64,000 nucleotides of DNA from Spirochaetaceae bacterium. Its GTDB lineage: Bacteria > Spirochaetota > Spirochaetia > DSM-2461. A program made the position numbers and the translations under genes. Below are positions 9,503 through 19,208 of this stretch, in pieces. A model generated the notes under the pieces. It was given only the letters and a program-made list of their open reading frames with translations. It ran no database searches and was not told the DNA's origin. Every line of letters begins with the position of its first letter. Position 1 is the first letter of the stretch. The DNA lies in assembly GCA_051531975.1 (NCBI GenBank), contig JAOPTT010000005.1, positions 320,001 through 384,000 on the forward strand. The letters run 5' to 3'.

Positions 9503-10696
9503 TTGAATAAGTTTATAGTTTTTATAATTTTTTTACTAAATTTCTCATTTTTATGCTCTTCTGAGAGCCTTTTTGATCAAGGAAAGAAGTTTTTCGAAAA
9601 AAACAGTGTAGAAGAAGCAATGTACATATTTGAGGAAATAGTTATAACAGATCCAACAGAAAAGGCTTATAAATACCTTTCTGAGTGTTATAATATCTTG
9701 GAAATGCACGATGATGAAGTACTAGTTTTAGAGGAAGCAGTTACTACTGACTTAAAAGATCCTTCATATTTCTATTTCAAATTAGCCAACGCTTACCACT
9801 TAATAAAAGATTATAAAAACTCATTAAATAGCTATTTAGAAGTTTTAAATTTGAATAAAAGTTATATAAACGAAAGTTTTTTAAATATAGCAAATGTTTC
9901 TGTTGAGCTTGAACTCTTCTCAAGTGCCATTGATAATTATACAAAGTATTTAGAATTAGAACCAAAAACAAAACAGAAAAGAAAAATTATAAAGATGATA
10001 TTTCTATTAAAAAGAGCTCATAAGAAACAAGTTGTAGAACAGGAAGAAGAAAAACTTGCGGAGGCCGAAGCTGAGAAACTTGAACTAGAGAGTCGATTAG
10101 CCAGTGAACTAGAAGCTAATAAAGTAGATGAAGAGCGGTTAAATAGACTGTTAAAAGAACAACAATTAGAAGAAGATAGAAATAAGAAAGCACAGTTATT
10201 AGATGAAGAGAGACTTCTATATGATCAAGAACAAAAATCATTATTAGAAGAACAAAAGAAATTTGAAGAAGCAGAAGAAAAAGTTTTAAATCCTCCAGAT
10301 CCAGATATTGAAGCTTGGCGTCTTCAGCTTCAACAAAAAGAAGCTGAGTTAGACGAAAGAGAAAAACGTATATTAGAAGCAGAAAAAAGACTTAGAGAGG
10401 CTGAACAAGCAATTGAAGATTCTAAACTACAAGATCCATTTTCCGATACTTCTGGTTTAAAAGACCCTGCAAATAAACAACCAGATTTTGATCCAAATGA
10501 AACTGAGGCTGAAAAGTTACAAAGAGAAGAAGATTTAAAGTTAGAAAGAGCTATTTTAGAAGAGGAGATTCGTCAGAAAATTTTAATGGATGATATTTTA
10601 GATTCTCTAGATAAAATTGGTGAGAATGCCCAGGGTTTAAATGCTTCTAGCGAAAGTGCATATACTGAATTAGAAGGAGCTGGTATTGATGACTAA
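9503..10696 (+). CDS. exported TPR/coiled-coil protein
   Basis: Signal peptide (TTG start), TPRs, long E/K-rich coiled coil. Confidence 0.7.
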   Translation: MNKFIVFIIFLLNFSFLCSSESLFDQGKKFFEKNSVEEAMYIFEEIVITDPTEKAYKYLSECYNILEMHDDEVLVLEEAVTTDLKDPSYFYFKLANAYHLIKDYKNSLNSYLEVLNLNKSYINESFLNIANVSVELELFSSAIDNYTKYLELEPKTKQKRKIIKMIFLLKRAHKKQVVEQEEEKLAEAEAEKLELESRLASELEANKVDEERLNRLLKEQQLEEDRNKKAQLLDEERLLYDQEQKSLLEEQKKFEEAEEKVLNPPDPDIEAWRLQLQQKEAELDEREKRILEAEKRLREAEQAIEDSKLQDPFSDTSGLKDPANKQPDFDPNETEAEKLQREEDLKLERAILEEEIRQKILMDDILDSLDKIGENAQGLNASSESAYTELEGAGIDD

Positions 10697-13598
10697 AAAA
10701 AAGAAAGCTGTAACTGCAGCAGTTGCTGTTGCCATTTTCTCACTATTTATAGGTAGTGGAGCAATGATACTTAATCGGGTTAAAAGTGATAGAAATGAAA
10801 TTCTAAGTCTAGCAAACGATTATGCAGATAAACAAGAGTATTTAAAAGCTTTAGGTATTTTAGAGGCCTTAGCAGCAACAAATAAAAATAACAAAGAAAT
10901 TGCAGAACTTATTTCTATATATAAAAAGAAACAAGCAGAATTAGAACTGAAAAATATTAAATATAGCAGAGAAAACAGTGAACAACAGTTTATTGATAGG
11001 ATAAAAGACATAGCCAAAGATGTTGAAGATGCATTAGCAAAAAATGAACTTTATGCAGCAGATTTACTTAAAAATGAAATTTTAAAACTTGACCCAACAA
11101 ATACTCTTGCTAAATCCTTAGGATTAAAGATAAATGAGACACGTAAAGAGCAAGATAAACTAAAAGACATAATTAATAATATAATTGATGAAATACAAGA
11201 TGCATTCAAAAAGAACAGATTAAAAGATGCTGAAAACTTAAGTAATGAATTAGTACAACTTGATCCAAATAATCCAATATTAAAAACTATTGAAGACATA
11301 ATTATGCAGAGAACTTTAGATCATGAGAAGATTAAAAAACAGGTAAGTGATTTAGCCCAAAATATATATTCTGTAATAGAGGATTCTACTAAGGACAGTT
11401 TAGACCTATTATCTAAAGAATTACTAAAACTTGACCCTAAAAATCCGCTACCTAAACAGATTAAAAGTGACCAAGAACTTAATAATAATAAGAAGCAGGA
11501 TATTAAAAATAAAACAGATAATTTAGAAGATAACATTGATAGTATTTTTTCTGAAAACTTAATAATTGAAGCTGAAGATGCATTAGATAAAAACAATCTA
11601 ATAAAGGCTGAAGCTTTAATTAACGAGGTTTTGAAAATTGATCCACAAAATGCAGTAGCAAAAGAGTTAAAAATTAGAATTGATAGAAGAAAAGAGTCTA
11701 ATAAAATATTAAAGAAAGCAGAAGAAGCACTAACTGATAATAATATATTAGAAGCTGAAAGGTTAGCTAAGGAAGCTTTAAAAGTTGACCCAGATAACTC
11801 TTTAGTCTCAGATTTTGAAGATATTATAAAACGAAGCAAAGAGTTTCAAGATAAAGTTGAAAGTGCTAAAAAATCTTTTGATGAGGGAAACTTCTCTGAA
11901 GCTGATAAACTAATTAAAGAAGTTTTAAAAGCTGATCCTACAAACTTTACAGCAAAAGATTTAAGAGATAAATTAGAGGATAATAAGAGTGTCGATGAAT
12001 TGCTAAATGACGCAAAGTTAGCATTCGCCCAAGGTGATGAAATAGAAGCTGAAAGAATAATTGATAAAGTTCTAAAACGAGAACCTAATAATACAGAAGC
12101 CAACAAATTAAAAACTAAAATAGAAGAAAAAAAAGAGATAGATAAATTAATACAAGAAGCAACTAGTGCACTAAATAATAATGATATAGAAAAGGCAGAA
12201 GAATTATTAAATAAAGCGTTAGAAATTGATTCAAATAATGCTGATGTCCAAGAGTTAAAAGAAAAAGTAGAAGATGTACTAAAACAATTATCTGATAAAT
12301 ATAGTGATAAATCAAAAGAGTTAATCCAAGAAGCTTCAAAAGTTGATACAACTGATTCTAAAGCAGATGATTTAAAAAAAGAGATTGAAGATAATAAGGA
12401 TCTTAAAGATAAACTTCTTGATCAAGCAGAAACTCCCAAAAAGAGTTATGAAGAGTTAGTATCTATTGCTACGTTGTATCGAGAAAATGGTGATTATTTA
12501 AAAGAATTAGATACAATAGACGATATATTAGAAATTAAACTAACAGCTGAATATTATGTAAAAGCTGGAATAGCAAGTTATAAGGTTACTAAGTATACAA
12601 ATGCTATAGGCTATTTTCAAAAAGCAATCAATCTTGATAATAATTACCCGGAAACATATTATCCTATGGCGCTTACATATGCCCGGTTAGAGGATGATTT
12701 AAAAAGAGAAGAGACTCTTAATAAAGGTATTGAACTAAGACCAAATCATGCATCATCTCAGTATGAATTAGGGCGATTATATACTGATCATGAAGATTAT
12801 GATCGAGCATTAGAACTTTTTATAAAAGCTAAGAGTCTAGATGAATCTAGTGTTAAATTTCAGATGGGAGTTGCTTTAGCTTATTTTAACCTAGAAGATT
12901 ATTCTGAATCTATAGAAATCTATGAAAGTATATTAAGTTTAGATAAAAGTAAAAGCGAAGTTTATTATAATCTAAGTTTAGCAAGAGCTAAAATATCTGA
13001 TTATGACAGTGCTTTAACAGATATAACAAAAGCGATTGAAATAGATCCTGAGCTTGCAAAATATCACTATACTAAAGGTGAGATTTCAGAAGCATTAGGT
13101 GATGAAAATAGTGCAGCTGGTCATTATTTAAATGCCGTAAAACTAGATAATTATTATTATAAACCAATGTTAAATTTAGGTAATATATATGATAGAGTAG
13201 GCCGCTTTGAAGATGCTATCAAACTACTACAATTTGCACTTAAATTAAAACCAAATGATCCTAATATAAAATTTAGCCTTGGAGCGGCATATCTTCATAA
13301 CAAAGACTATGCAGAATCCTTAATTTTATTAGAAGAAGCACATATTAATGATAAAGAATCAGCATTTAAACTATATAATCTATCACTTGCTTATACTGAA
13401 GTTGGAGAGTCTATTAAAGCTGAAGATGGTTTTAAAAGAGTTATAGAACTTGATAATAATTTTATTGATGCTTATTACTATTTAGGTGAACTTTTATTTT
13501 CTATTGATAAAAAAGATGAATCTAGAACCTATTTTCAGAAGGTTCTAGAGTTAAATCCTGACTATATTTTTAAAGATAAAATATCAGAGTATCTTTAG
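10689..13598 (+). CDS. large membrane-anchored TPR protein with internal repeats
   Basis: RBS GAAGGAG before ATG at 10689; N-terminal TM helix; repeated A..AL..N....AE.L...LK.DP.N units; C-terminal TPR array. Confidence 0.85.
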   Translation: MTKKKKAVTAAVAVAIFSLFIGSGAMILNRVKSDRNEILSLANDYADKQEYLKALGILEALAATNKNNKEIAELISIYKKKQAELELKNIKYSRENSEQQFIDRIKDIAKDVEDALAKNELYAADLLKNEILKLDPTNTLAKSLGLKINETRKEQDKLKDIINNIIDEIQDAFKKNRLKDAENLSNELVQLDPNNPILKTIEDIIMQRTLDHEKIKKQVSDLAQNIYSVIEDSTKDSLDLLSKELLKLDPKNPLPKQIKSDQELNNNKKQDIKNKTDNLEDNIDSIFSENLIIEAEDALDKNNLIKAEALINEVLKIDPQNAVAKELKIRIDRRKESNKILKKAEEALTDNNILEAERLAKEALKVDPDNSLVSDFEDIIKRSKEFQDKVESAKKSFDEGNFSEADKLIKEVLKADPTNFTAKDLRDKLEDNKSVDELLNDAKLAFAQGDEIEAERIIDKVLKREPNNTEANKLKTKIEEKKEIDKLIQEATSALNNNDIEKAEELLNKALEIDSNNADVQELKEKVEDVLKQLSDKYSDKSKELIQEASKVDTTDSKADDLKKEIEDNKDLKDKLLDQAETPKKSYEELVSIATLYRENGDYLKELDTIDDILEIKLTAEYYVKAGIASYKVTKYTNAIGYFQKAINLDNNYPETYYPMALTYARLEDDLKREETLNKGIELRPNHASSQYELGRLYTDHEDYDRALELFIKAKSLDESSVKFQMGVALAYFNLEDYSESIEIYESILSLDKSKSEVYYNLSLARAKISDYDSALTDITKAIEIDPELAKYHYTKGEISEALGDENSAAGHYLNAVKLDNYYYKPMLNLGNIYDRVGRFEDAIKLLQFALKLKPNDPNIKFSLGAAYLHNKDYAESLILLEEAHINDKESAFKLYNLSLAYTEVGESIKAEDGFKRVIELDNNFIDAYYYLGELLFSIDKKDESRTYFQKVLELNPDYIFKDKISEYL

Positions 13599-15271
13599 TT
13601 ATCTATCTTAATATGAGAAACCTCTTTAAAATGTGGTCCAAGTTTTGGTAATATATGAGCAACTGTATCAAAGTCTCCTTCAACACCTAAAACAGCATAA
13701 CCAGTATTTCCCCGCTCTCCTAATTGTAGCGTCTCAATATTTACATCCAAAGCTGAAAGTGCAGAGAGTAATATTAAAAGAACCCCGGCACTATTTTTAT
13801 GGCTAGTAATTATCATATGGTCTGTCACTGGGGTATGAATATCAATACCATCAACTTCTAATAAAAACAGTGAACCAGGTGCATTTCTCTCTGTAATTCC
13901 GTGCATCTCTCTAAGTTCAAGAGTATAAAAATTACCCTGACCTGTGCCTTTTGTAAACTCAATTGCCTCTTCAACATCTTTTATATCCCCAGTGAATGTT
14001 AAAAATGCTTCTGCGGTACCATTGCCAGCTGAATTAAGCTCTGCTGTCTCTATATTTATCCCTTCAGACGCTAAGGCGTTCATTAAAATAGTTAATATAC
14101 CTGAATGGTCTCTATGGTTGGAGTAGATACCTAATTTTTTTTCAGAAACTGTTACTGGATGTTTTGGTGCAATAGTTAAAGATCTATCATCCTTTCGAAC
14201 TGTTACACAATCAAAAGTACCACCTTTTACAGATCCAGTAAAATCATCGCATAACGATGTGAAATTTCCTCCAAAAGAGTAATTTGGTATTTTATTTCTC
14301 TGGGTTACACTACGTTTATTTAGTAGTTCTATCGCTTTATTAACAATATCATACATATCTTTTTTATTTTCTGGGTCTTCTAATGGTCTCTTTTCTGGGA
14401 TGAAGTTAGAAAAGCTTAAATAATATTTATACCCAGCTTCTTTTAAATAATCGATTCCCTCTTTATATAATTTACCTAAATTTTCAATATAATGGGTATC
14501 GGTACCTAGTGTTACTGGTATTCCTAAAGCTTTAGCTCTTTTTAGAATATTAATATTTGGGTAGGTTCCACATTTACGTTTAATTCCAGCAAGGTTAACA
14601 TCTAATGCTAAATTATATTCACTCATTTTCTCTAATAATAGACGCATCTTTCTTGCTAATGGGTCATCTGAATTATCTAGATCTAAAAAACATTCCGGTA
14701 GTGGAGAGTAAAGTTTAAGAAGGTCCAAATGCCCTACAACTTGAATTGTTTTCCAAGTAGCATCTATCATTTCTATCATTTCATTAAGATAACCCATCCA
14801 GTATTGGTGTAAACCACCTCGTAATTCAATTAATCGTTTTGTCTCGGTAGGGGAGCCATCGTAGGCAATAGTTTCTGCTGAAAAATGAATTGAACCTATT
14901 ATGAAATCTATACCCTCAGCTTGAAAAATCTTACTTTTATTCCATGCTAAACCGATATCAGAACCTTGCCATTCAAGTTCTATACCGTACTTAATGTCAA
15001 TCTTATATTGGTACTTTTTCTTTAGGGCTTTTATGTTTCTACTGTAGTTAAAATAAGCGTAGTCACCTCTAATAAATTTTATATCTGTATTTCTCTCAGC
15101 ATCGTATCTATAACCTGTAAGTCTAGGTGTATGTATTATAAAAGTAACACTCGGGTGCCCTTTAGTTATAGATTGTTTTATGACACTTTCTAAATCATCT
15201 ATTCCGTGTTTTACATGATCTGTGCCTGTTCCTGTATGTACTCCATGTGTTTCCCATATAAAATTTTCCAT
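13595..15271 (-). CDS. HisJ-family PHP phosphatase fused to two ACT-like domains
   Basis: PHP motifs GIELEW, DFIIGSIH, VVGHLDL, LGTDTH; C-terminal DHSGIL...EGINIE and HKNSAGVL...DVNIE ACT-like motifs. Confidence 0.8.
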   Translation of the reverse strand: MENFIWETHGVHTGTGTDHVKHGIDDLESVIKQSITKGHPSVTFIIHTPRLTGYRYDAERNTDIKFIRGDYAYFNYSRNIKALKKKYQYKIDIKYGIELEWQGSDIGLAWNKSKIFQAEGIDFIIGSIHFSAETIAYDGSPTETKRLIELRGGLHQYWMGYLNEMIEMIDATWKTIQVVGHLDLLKLYSPLPECFLDLDNSDDPLARKMRLLLEKMSEYNLALDVNLAGIKRKCGTYPNINILKRAKALGIPVTLGTDTHYIENLGKLYKEGIDYLKEAGYKYYLSFSNFIPEKRPLEDPENKKDMYDIVNKAIELLNKRSVTQRNKIPNYSFGGNFTSLCDDFTGSVKGGTFDCVTVRKDDRSLTIAPKHPVTVSEKKLGIYSNHRDHSGILTILMNALASEGINIETAELNSAGNGTAEAFLTFTGDIKDVEEAIEFTKGTGQGNFYTLELREMHGITERNAPGSLFLLEVDGIDIHTPVTDHMIITSHKNSAGVLLILLSALSALDVNIETLQLGERGNTGYAVLGVEGDFDTVAHILPKLGPHFKEVSHIKIDN

Positions 15272-15278
15272 ATCTTTG

Positions 15279-15327
15279 ACTCCTTGGTTGCATAGGCGAG
15301 CAGTAATTTTTGATTATGACCATCCTT
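15279..15327. repeat. third, diverged copy of the pth-leader element, in the leader of the HisJ-ACT gene
   Basis: ACTCCTTGGTTGCATAGGCGAGCAG matches 4396-4420 at 24/25 nt, and similarity continues to GACCATCCTT (vs GACCAGCCTT). Confidence 0.85.
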
Positions 15328-15449
15328 TAACTATCTTAGGTTAATGGAGGAAAATTATGAAGTAGTCAAATAAATATTTTTTTAATTATTTAGTAAAACT
15401 AGGGGGGTGCATTGTAGATAAATTAGAATTGTTACAGTAATATAACACC

Positions 15450-16475
15450 ATGAATCAATGTTGCAAAGATGCCGAAGTTTACTTAAAAAATACAAATATA
15501 ACAGATTTTGTAGAGTTACAACTGTTTATCAATAAATTTAATTCAGTAATTGAAGACTATGCCCAAAATGGTCTTTCTTCATATTTATTAGGTGGGATAG
15601 AACTTTGTTTAAAACTCTCTAGATCTATAGGTTATGTTCAGGGTGAAGCTAAAACAAAGTGGCTAAAGGGACATGTTCTTTTTATCGGTGGGCTATATCG
15701 TTTAGCTCTTAAAAGTTATACATATGCAAACAGTATATTAAATAAAGATGATAGTGATATTGCTTCTTTTTATAGTAGTTATGCTCTAAACCTAGTATGT
15801 GGTGGAGAAGTTGAAAAATCTTTAGAACTAGTTAAGTGGTTAATCGATAATGGGTATGGTAACCAAGCGAGTCCTATAATATCCTATATATTACAATATC
15901 AAGGTGAGCCACAACTCTCTTTCTCTATAATTGATAGAATAAAAGAAGATTCTAACCTGAATAACTTTAGAAAAATAAAAAGTTTAATTGAACTAAATAG
16001 AATAGAAGAAGCTAATACACTATTGTGTGATCGTGCCCAGAACAGTGAAAATAACTGTTTTATGTCCGCATATATTAATAGCTTAGACTATCTGATTAAA
16101 GTGAAAAAAGGTGAAGTTATTGATCAGGAAGTATTAGAAACAGTTGTTAGCAATCTAAAAAGGAAAAATATATTTTTTTATTATATAGAGGGACTTTTAA
16201 ATATTGCGGAAGTATTTAGTGAGTTAGATGAGTTAAATAAAGCTACAGCTATACTAAATATTGTTAAATATAATAGAAAAGACTTAGTTACTTTGGATTA
16301 TAGACTATTTAAACTCCTTGAGATTGTAAAACTAAAACAAGAAGATTATAAAGGTGCCTATAAATATAGTTCTCTTGCTACAGAAATTGTAAAAAATAGA
16401 ACTACATTTAATATTGATAGGTCTTTAAGAGGAATGGCTGACTTTTTATATCCAACTAAGAGTCTGGTTAGTTAA
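15450..16475 (+). CDS. hypothetical helical-repeat (TPR-like) protein
   Basis: 341-aa ORF with an all-helical pattern (YVQGEAK..., DYKGAYKY). Confidence 0.6.
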   Translation: MNQCCKDAEVYLKNTNITDFVELQLFINKFNSVIEDYAQNGLSSYLLGGIELCLKLSRSIGYVQGEAKTKWLKGHVLFIGGLYRLALKSYTYANSILNKDDSDIASFYSSYALNLVCGGEVEKSLELVKWLIDNGYGNQASPIISYILQYQGEPQLSFSIIDRIKEDSNLNNFRKIKSLIELNRIEEANTLLCDRAQNSENNCFMSAYINSLDYLIKVKKGEVIDQEVLETVVSNLKRKNIFFYYIEGLLNIAEVFSELDELNKATAILNIVKYNRKDLVTLDYRLFKLLEIVKLKQEDYKGAYKYSSLATEIVKNRTTFNIDRSLRGMADFLYPTKSLVS

Positions 16476-16770
16476 AACCTTTTGATTTACTATCCTCAGG
16501 CATTAAAACTCTTTTAGGTTTATTTTTGTTCACGTAAGGTGTATCTTCTTTTTTCCCTCTTTTAAAGGTAATTAAACCATTTAAGAAACGTTCTAAAACT
16601 TTATCAGTAATTTCTCGAAATAGGGGGGAGTCTAATTTCTCCATATATTCTGTTATAGTTTGTTCTTCTATTTTGTAGTCATCTAAAGCGAAGATTTTAA
16701 CTATATCCTTCTCTTTTAAGTCTAGTGCGTATCTAAGTTTTCTCATTACATGATTGTTTCGATATTCCAT
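16468..16770 (-). CDS. DUF1456 (YehS-like) protein, single-domain form
   Basis: NNHVMRKLRYALDL and FLNGLITFKRG motifs; RBS AAGGAG upstream. Confidence 0.75.
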   Translation of the reverse strand: MEYRNNHVMRKLRYALDLKEKDIVKIFALDDYKIEEQTITEYMEKLDSPLFREITDKVLERFLNGLITFKRGKKEDTPYVNKNKPKRVLMPEDSKSKGFN

Positions 16771-16903
16771 TAAAACTCCTTATTTTCTAATATAGAGGTA
16801 TAACAACTCTTAATCAACATATTATTTTTAGTATAGTTTGCATTTTTGATAGAAAATTGGTAAGAACTAGTTTATAATAGAAATATAAGAGAGGTGTAGT
16901 TCT

Positions 16904-17386
16904 ATGAAAATTAAAGTTTTATCTATTCTACTTCTACCTTTATTAATGTTTGGTTGTAGTAATTTTATTGATAATGAAACTAATATAGGTGTAAATGCAA
17001 TACTCCATTCTGATGAAAGTAGATCATTAGCTGATGTCGGCAATGTTACAAATCTAAAACTATGGATAGCTGATGAAGACGTTGATTACCAAGAAGTTAA
17101 TCCTACAAGTTATGATTCTACAGTTTATTTTGATAGTTTAGATCCAACGACTTTAGCAGATTTAGGAGTTAGATTAATTGAAAGTTCAACTTCTGAAATA
17201 GAGTTTGATATAATAACCAATGTAGTTATGACTTTCTCTTTAAGAGTTGAGTGTGACTCTGGACGTGTTTTTACCGGTGAAGTAGAACGATCTATTGTTC
17301 CAAATATTTCAACAATACAAATAGATATATATGAAACTTCTGTAAGTAGTACTGGTGAAGATATAACTAATGTCTTTGAGGGTTAA
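16904..17386 (+). CDS. hypothetical lipoprotein
   Basis: Lipobox MFGC; RBS GAGGTG. Confidence 0.7.
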   Translation: MKIKVLSILLLPLLMFGCSNFIDNETNIGVNAILHSDESRSLADVGNVTNLKLWIADEDVDYQEVNPTSYDSTVYFDSLDPTTLADLGVRLIESSTSEIEFDIITNVVMTFSLRVECDSGRVFTGEVERSIVPNISTIQIDIYETSVSSTGEDITNVFEG

Positions 17387-17424
17387 GGGTTTTTTTGTTA
17401 AGTTAAAAATGTTATACTCCTTCG

Positions 17425-18168
17425 ATGGCAAAAGTTGATAAGGTATTTAGTAACCCAATAGGAGAGATTCCTCCGTTTACATTTAATGAAAAAGTAGCTC
17501 ATGTATTTGATGATATGGCAGAAAGGTCTATACCTTTTTATAGAGAAGTTCAAAAGATGATTACTGACTTATCTCTTACCTTCTTTCAAGAGGGCTCAAA
17601 GATCTACGATCTAGGTTGTAGTACAGCAACAACAACCGCATTGGTATACCAAGGTTTAGTAGATAGAGGTATTTCAGACTTTTTTATTAAAGGTATAGAT
17701 TCTGCAGAACCTATGTGTGAAGAGGCAAGGATAAAACTTGATAGTATTGGTGCATCGAGGGATCATGTAACTATTACAAATGGTGATTTTTTAACAGAAG
17801 AGATTCATGATGCATCCGTTGTTATTATGAACTATACCCTCCAATTCATTGACCCTTTAAAAAGAGAAACTGTAATTAAAAAAATATACGATGGACTTAG
17901 ACATAATGGAATTTTGTTAGTCAGCGATAAATTACGACAAACAAATACTGATATAAGCAGAACATTTATAGATAAATATTATAACATGAAGAGACTTAAC
18001 GGCTATAGTGAATTAGAGATTTCCCAGAAAAGGGAAGCTTTGGATAATGTATTAATTCCATATACATTAGAAGAAGAGACTAGGTTATTTAGTGATTGTG
18101 GTTTTAAAGGTGTTGATGCATTTTTTTCTTGGTATAATTTTACATCGTTTATATGTATAAAGAAGTAG
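17425..18168 (+). CDS. cmoA: carboxy-S-adenosyl-L-methionine synthase
   Basis: FTFNEKVAHVFDDMAERSIPFY, YDLGCS, NYTLQF and NGYSELEISQKREAL.NV motifs. Confidence 0.93.
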   Translation: MAKVDKVFSNPIGEIPPFTFNEKVAHVFDDMAERSIPFYREVQKMITDLSLTFFQEGSKIYDLGCSTATTTALVYQGLVDRGISDFFIKGIDSAEPMCEEARIKLDSIGASRDHVTITNGDFLTEEIHDASVVIMNYTLQFIDPLKRETVIKKIYDGLRHNGILLVSDKLRQTNTDISRTFIDKYYNMKRLNGYSELEISQKREALDNVLIPYTLEEETRLFSDCGFKGVDAFFSWYNFTSFICIKK

Positions 18169-18173
18169 GTTTA

Positions 18174-19187
18174 ATGGGTTCAGAAGATTATATAAATAAT
18201 AGATATTTAGATAAGTATAAAGGTAAAAACCTTCCACTGTTAGAAGATATTTATAAAGAGAGAGTAATACAGTCTAGACTTTTAGATATTGAAGCAAACA
18301 GACACCACTGGGATAATTTAAATTCTCTGCCAAACTTAAAAACTTCCCATGTAGTATTAGATAAAGCTACTGTGGAAATTGGTTTAGAGTCTGAATTAGA
18401 TGAAGTTGGTAAAGAGGCTTTAGTTAAAACTTTAAAAGATTTAATGCCCTGGAGAAAGGGTCCATGGAACTACTTTGGTACGGAAGTTGATACTGAGTGG
18501 CGAAGTAATATGAAGTGGGATAGGGTAATAGAAGCTGTTAAACCAAACTTTAAAGGTAAACGGATTCTAGACATTGGGTGTAATAATCTCTATTATATGT
18601 ACAAAATGTTAGCTGATGACCCAGAAATTATTATGGGTTTTGATCCATTACCAAGGTACTATTTTAACCATCTATTAAATAGACGATTTGTCCAGGACCC
18701 TAGAGTTGAATTTGAACTATTTGGTGTTGAACAAGCAGGTATGTTTAAGAACTTTTTTGATTATACTTTTTTTATGGGGATTTTATACCATAGAAGAGAC
18801 CCAATGGGTGCTTTAAAAAATGTATATGACTCATTAAAAAAAGGTGGTACTTTAATTATGGAGTGTTCAGGAATTGAAGGGGACGACCCTGTAGCACTAT
18901 TTCCTGAAGGTCGATATTGTAAAGCTCCTGGTTATTGGTTTTTACCAACCTGGAAAACAATAGAGAACATGTTACATAGAACTGGTTTTACAGAGATAGA
19001 GACTTTTTACAAAGAGCCTCATACCACTGAAGAGCAGAGAAAAACACCATGGATTCAGACAAATTCATTAGAGGATTTTTTGGATCCTAATGATAGTAGT
19101 AAAACTGTAGAGGGTTACCCTGCACCAGTTAGAATATATACAAAGGCTGTAAAGCCATTAAAAAGAAATAAAAAGATATACGATTAA
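18174..19187 (+). CDS. cmoB: tRNA 5-methoxyuridine(34)/uridine 5-oxyacetic acid(34) synthase
   Basis: LMPWRKGP, DTEWRS..KW.R, LDIGC, MGILYHRR, EQR.T.W and TVEGYPAP motifs; ATG at 18174 chosen as start. Confidence 0.93.
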   Translation: MGSEDYINNRYLDKYKGKNLPLLEDIYKERVIQSRLLDIEANRHHWDNLNSLPNLKTSHVVLDKATVEIGLESELDEVGKEALVKTLKDLMPWRKGPWNYFGTEVDTEWRSNMKWDRVIEAVKPNFKGKRILDIGCNNLYYMYKMLADDPEIIMGFDPLPRYYFNHLLNRRFVQDPRVEFELFGVEQAGMFKNFFDYTFFMGILYHRRDPMGALKNVYDSLKKGGTLIMECSGIEGDDPVALFPEGRYCKAPGYWFLPTWKTIENMLHRTGFTEIETFYKEPHTTEEQRKTPWIQTNSLEDFLDPNDSSKTVEGYPAPVRIYTKAVKPLKRNKKIYD

Positions 19188-19208
19188 GTATATGATAAGG
19201 ATATAAAC

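Noticed and set aside
10820..12351. Cluster of minus-strand ORFs (65-172 aa)
   Set aside because: Shadow ORFs antisense to the K/E-rich TPR gene, with S/L/F-rich composition; the same applies to the other short antisense ORFs in the track.
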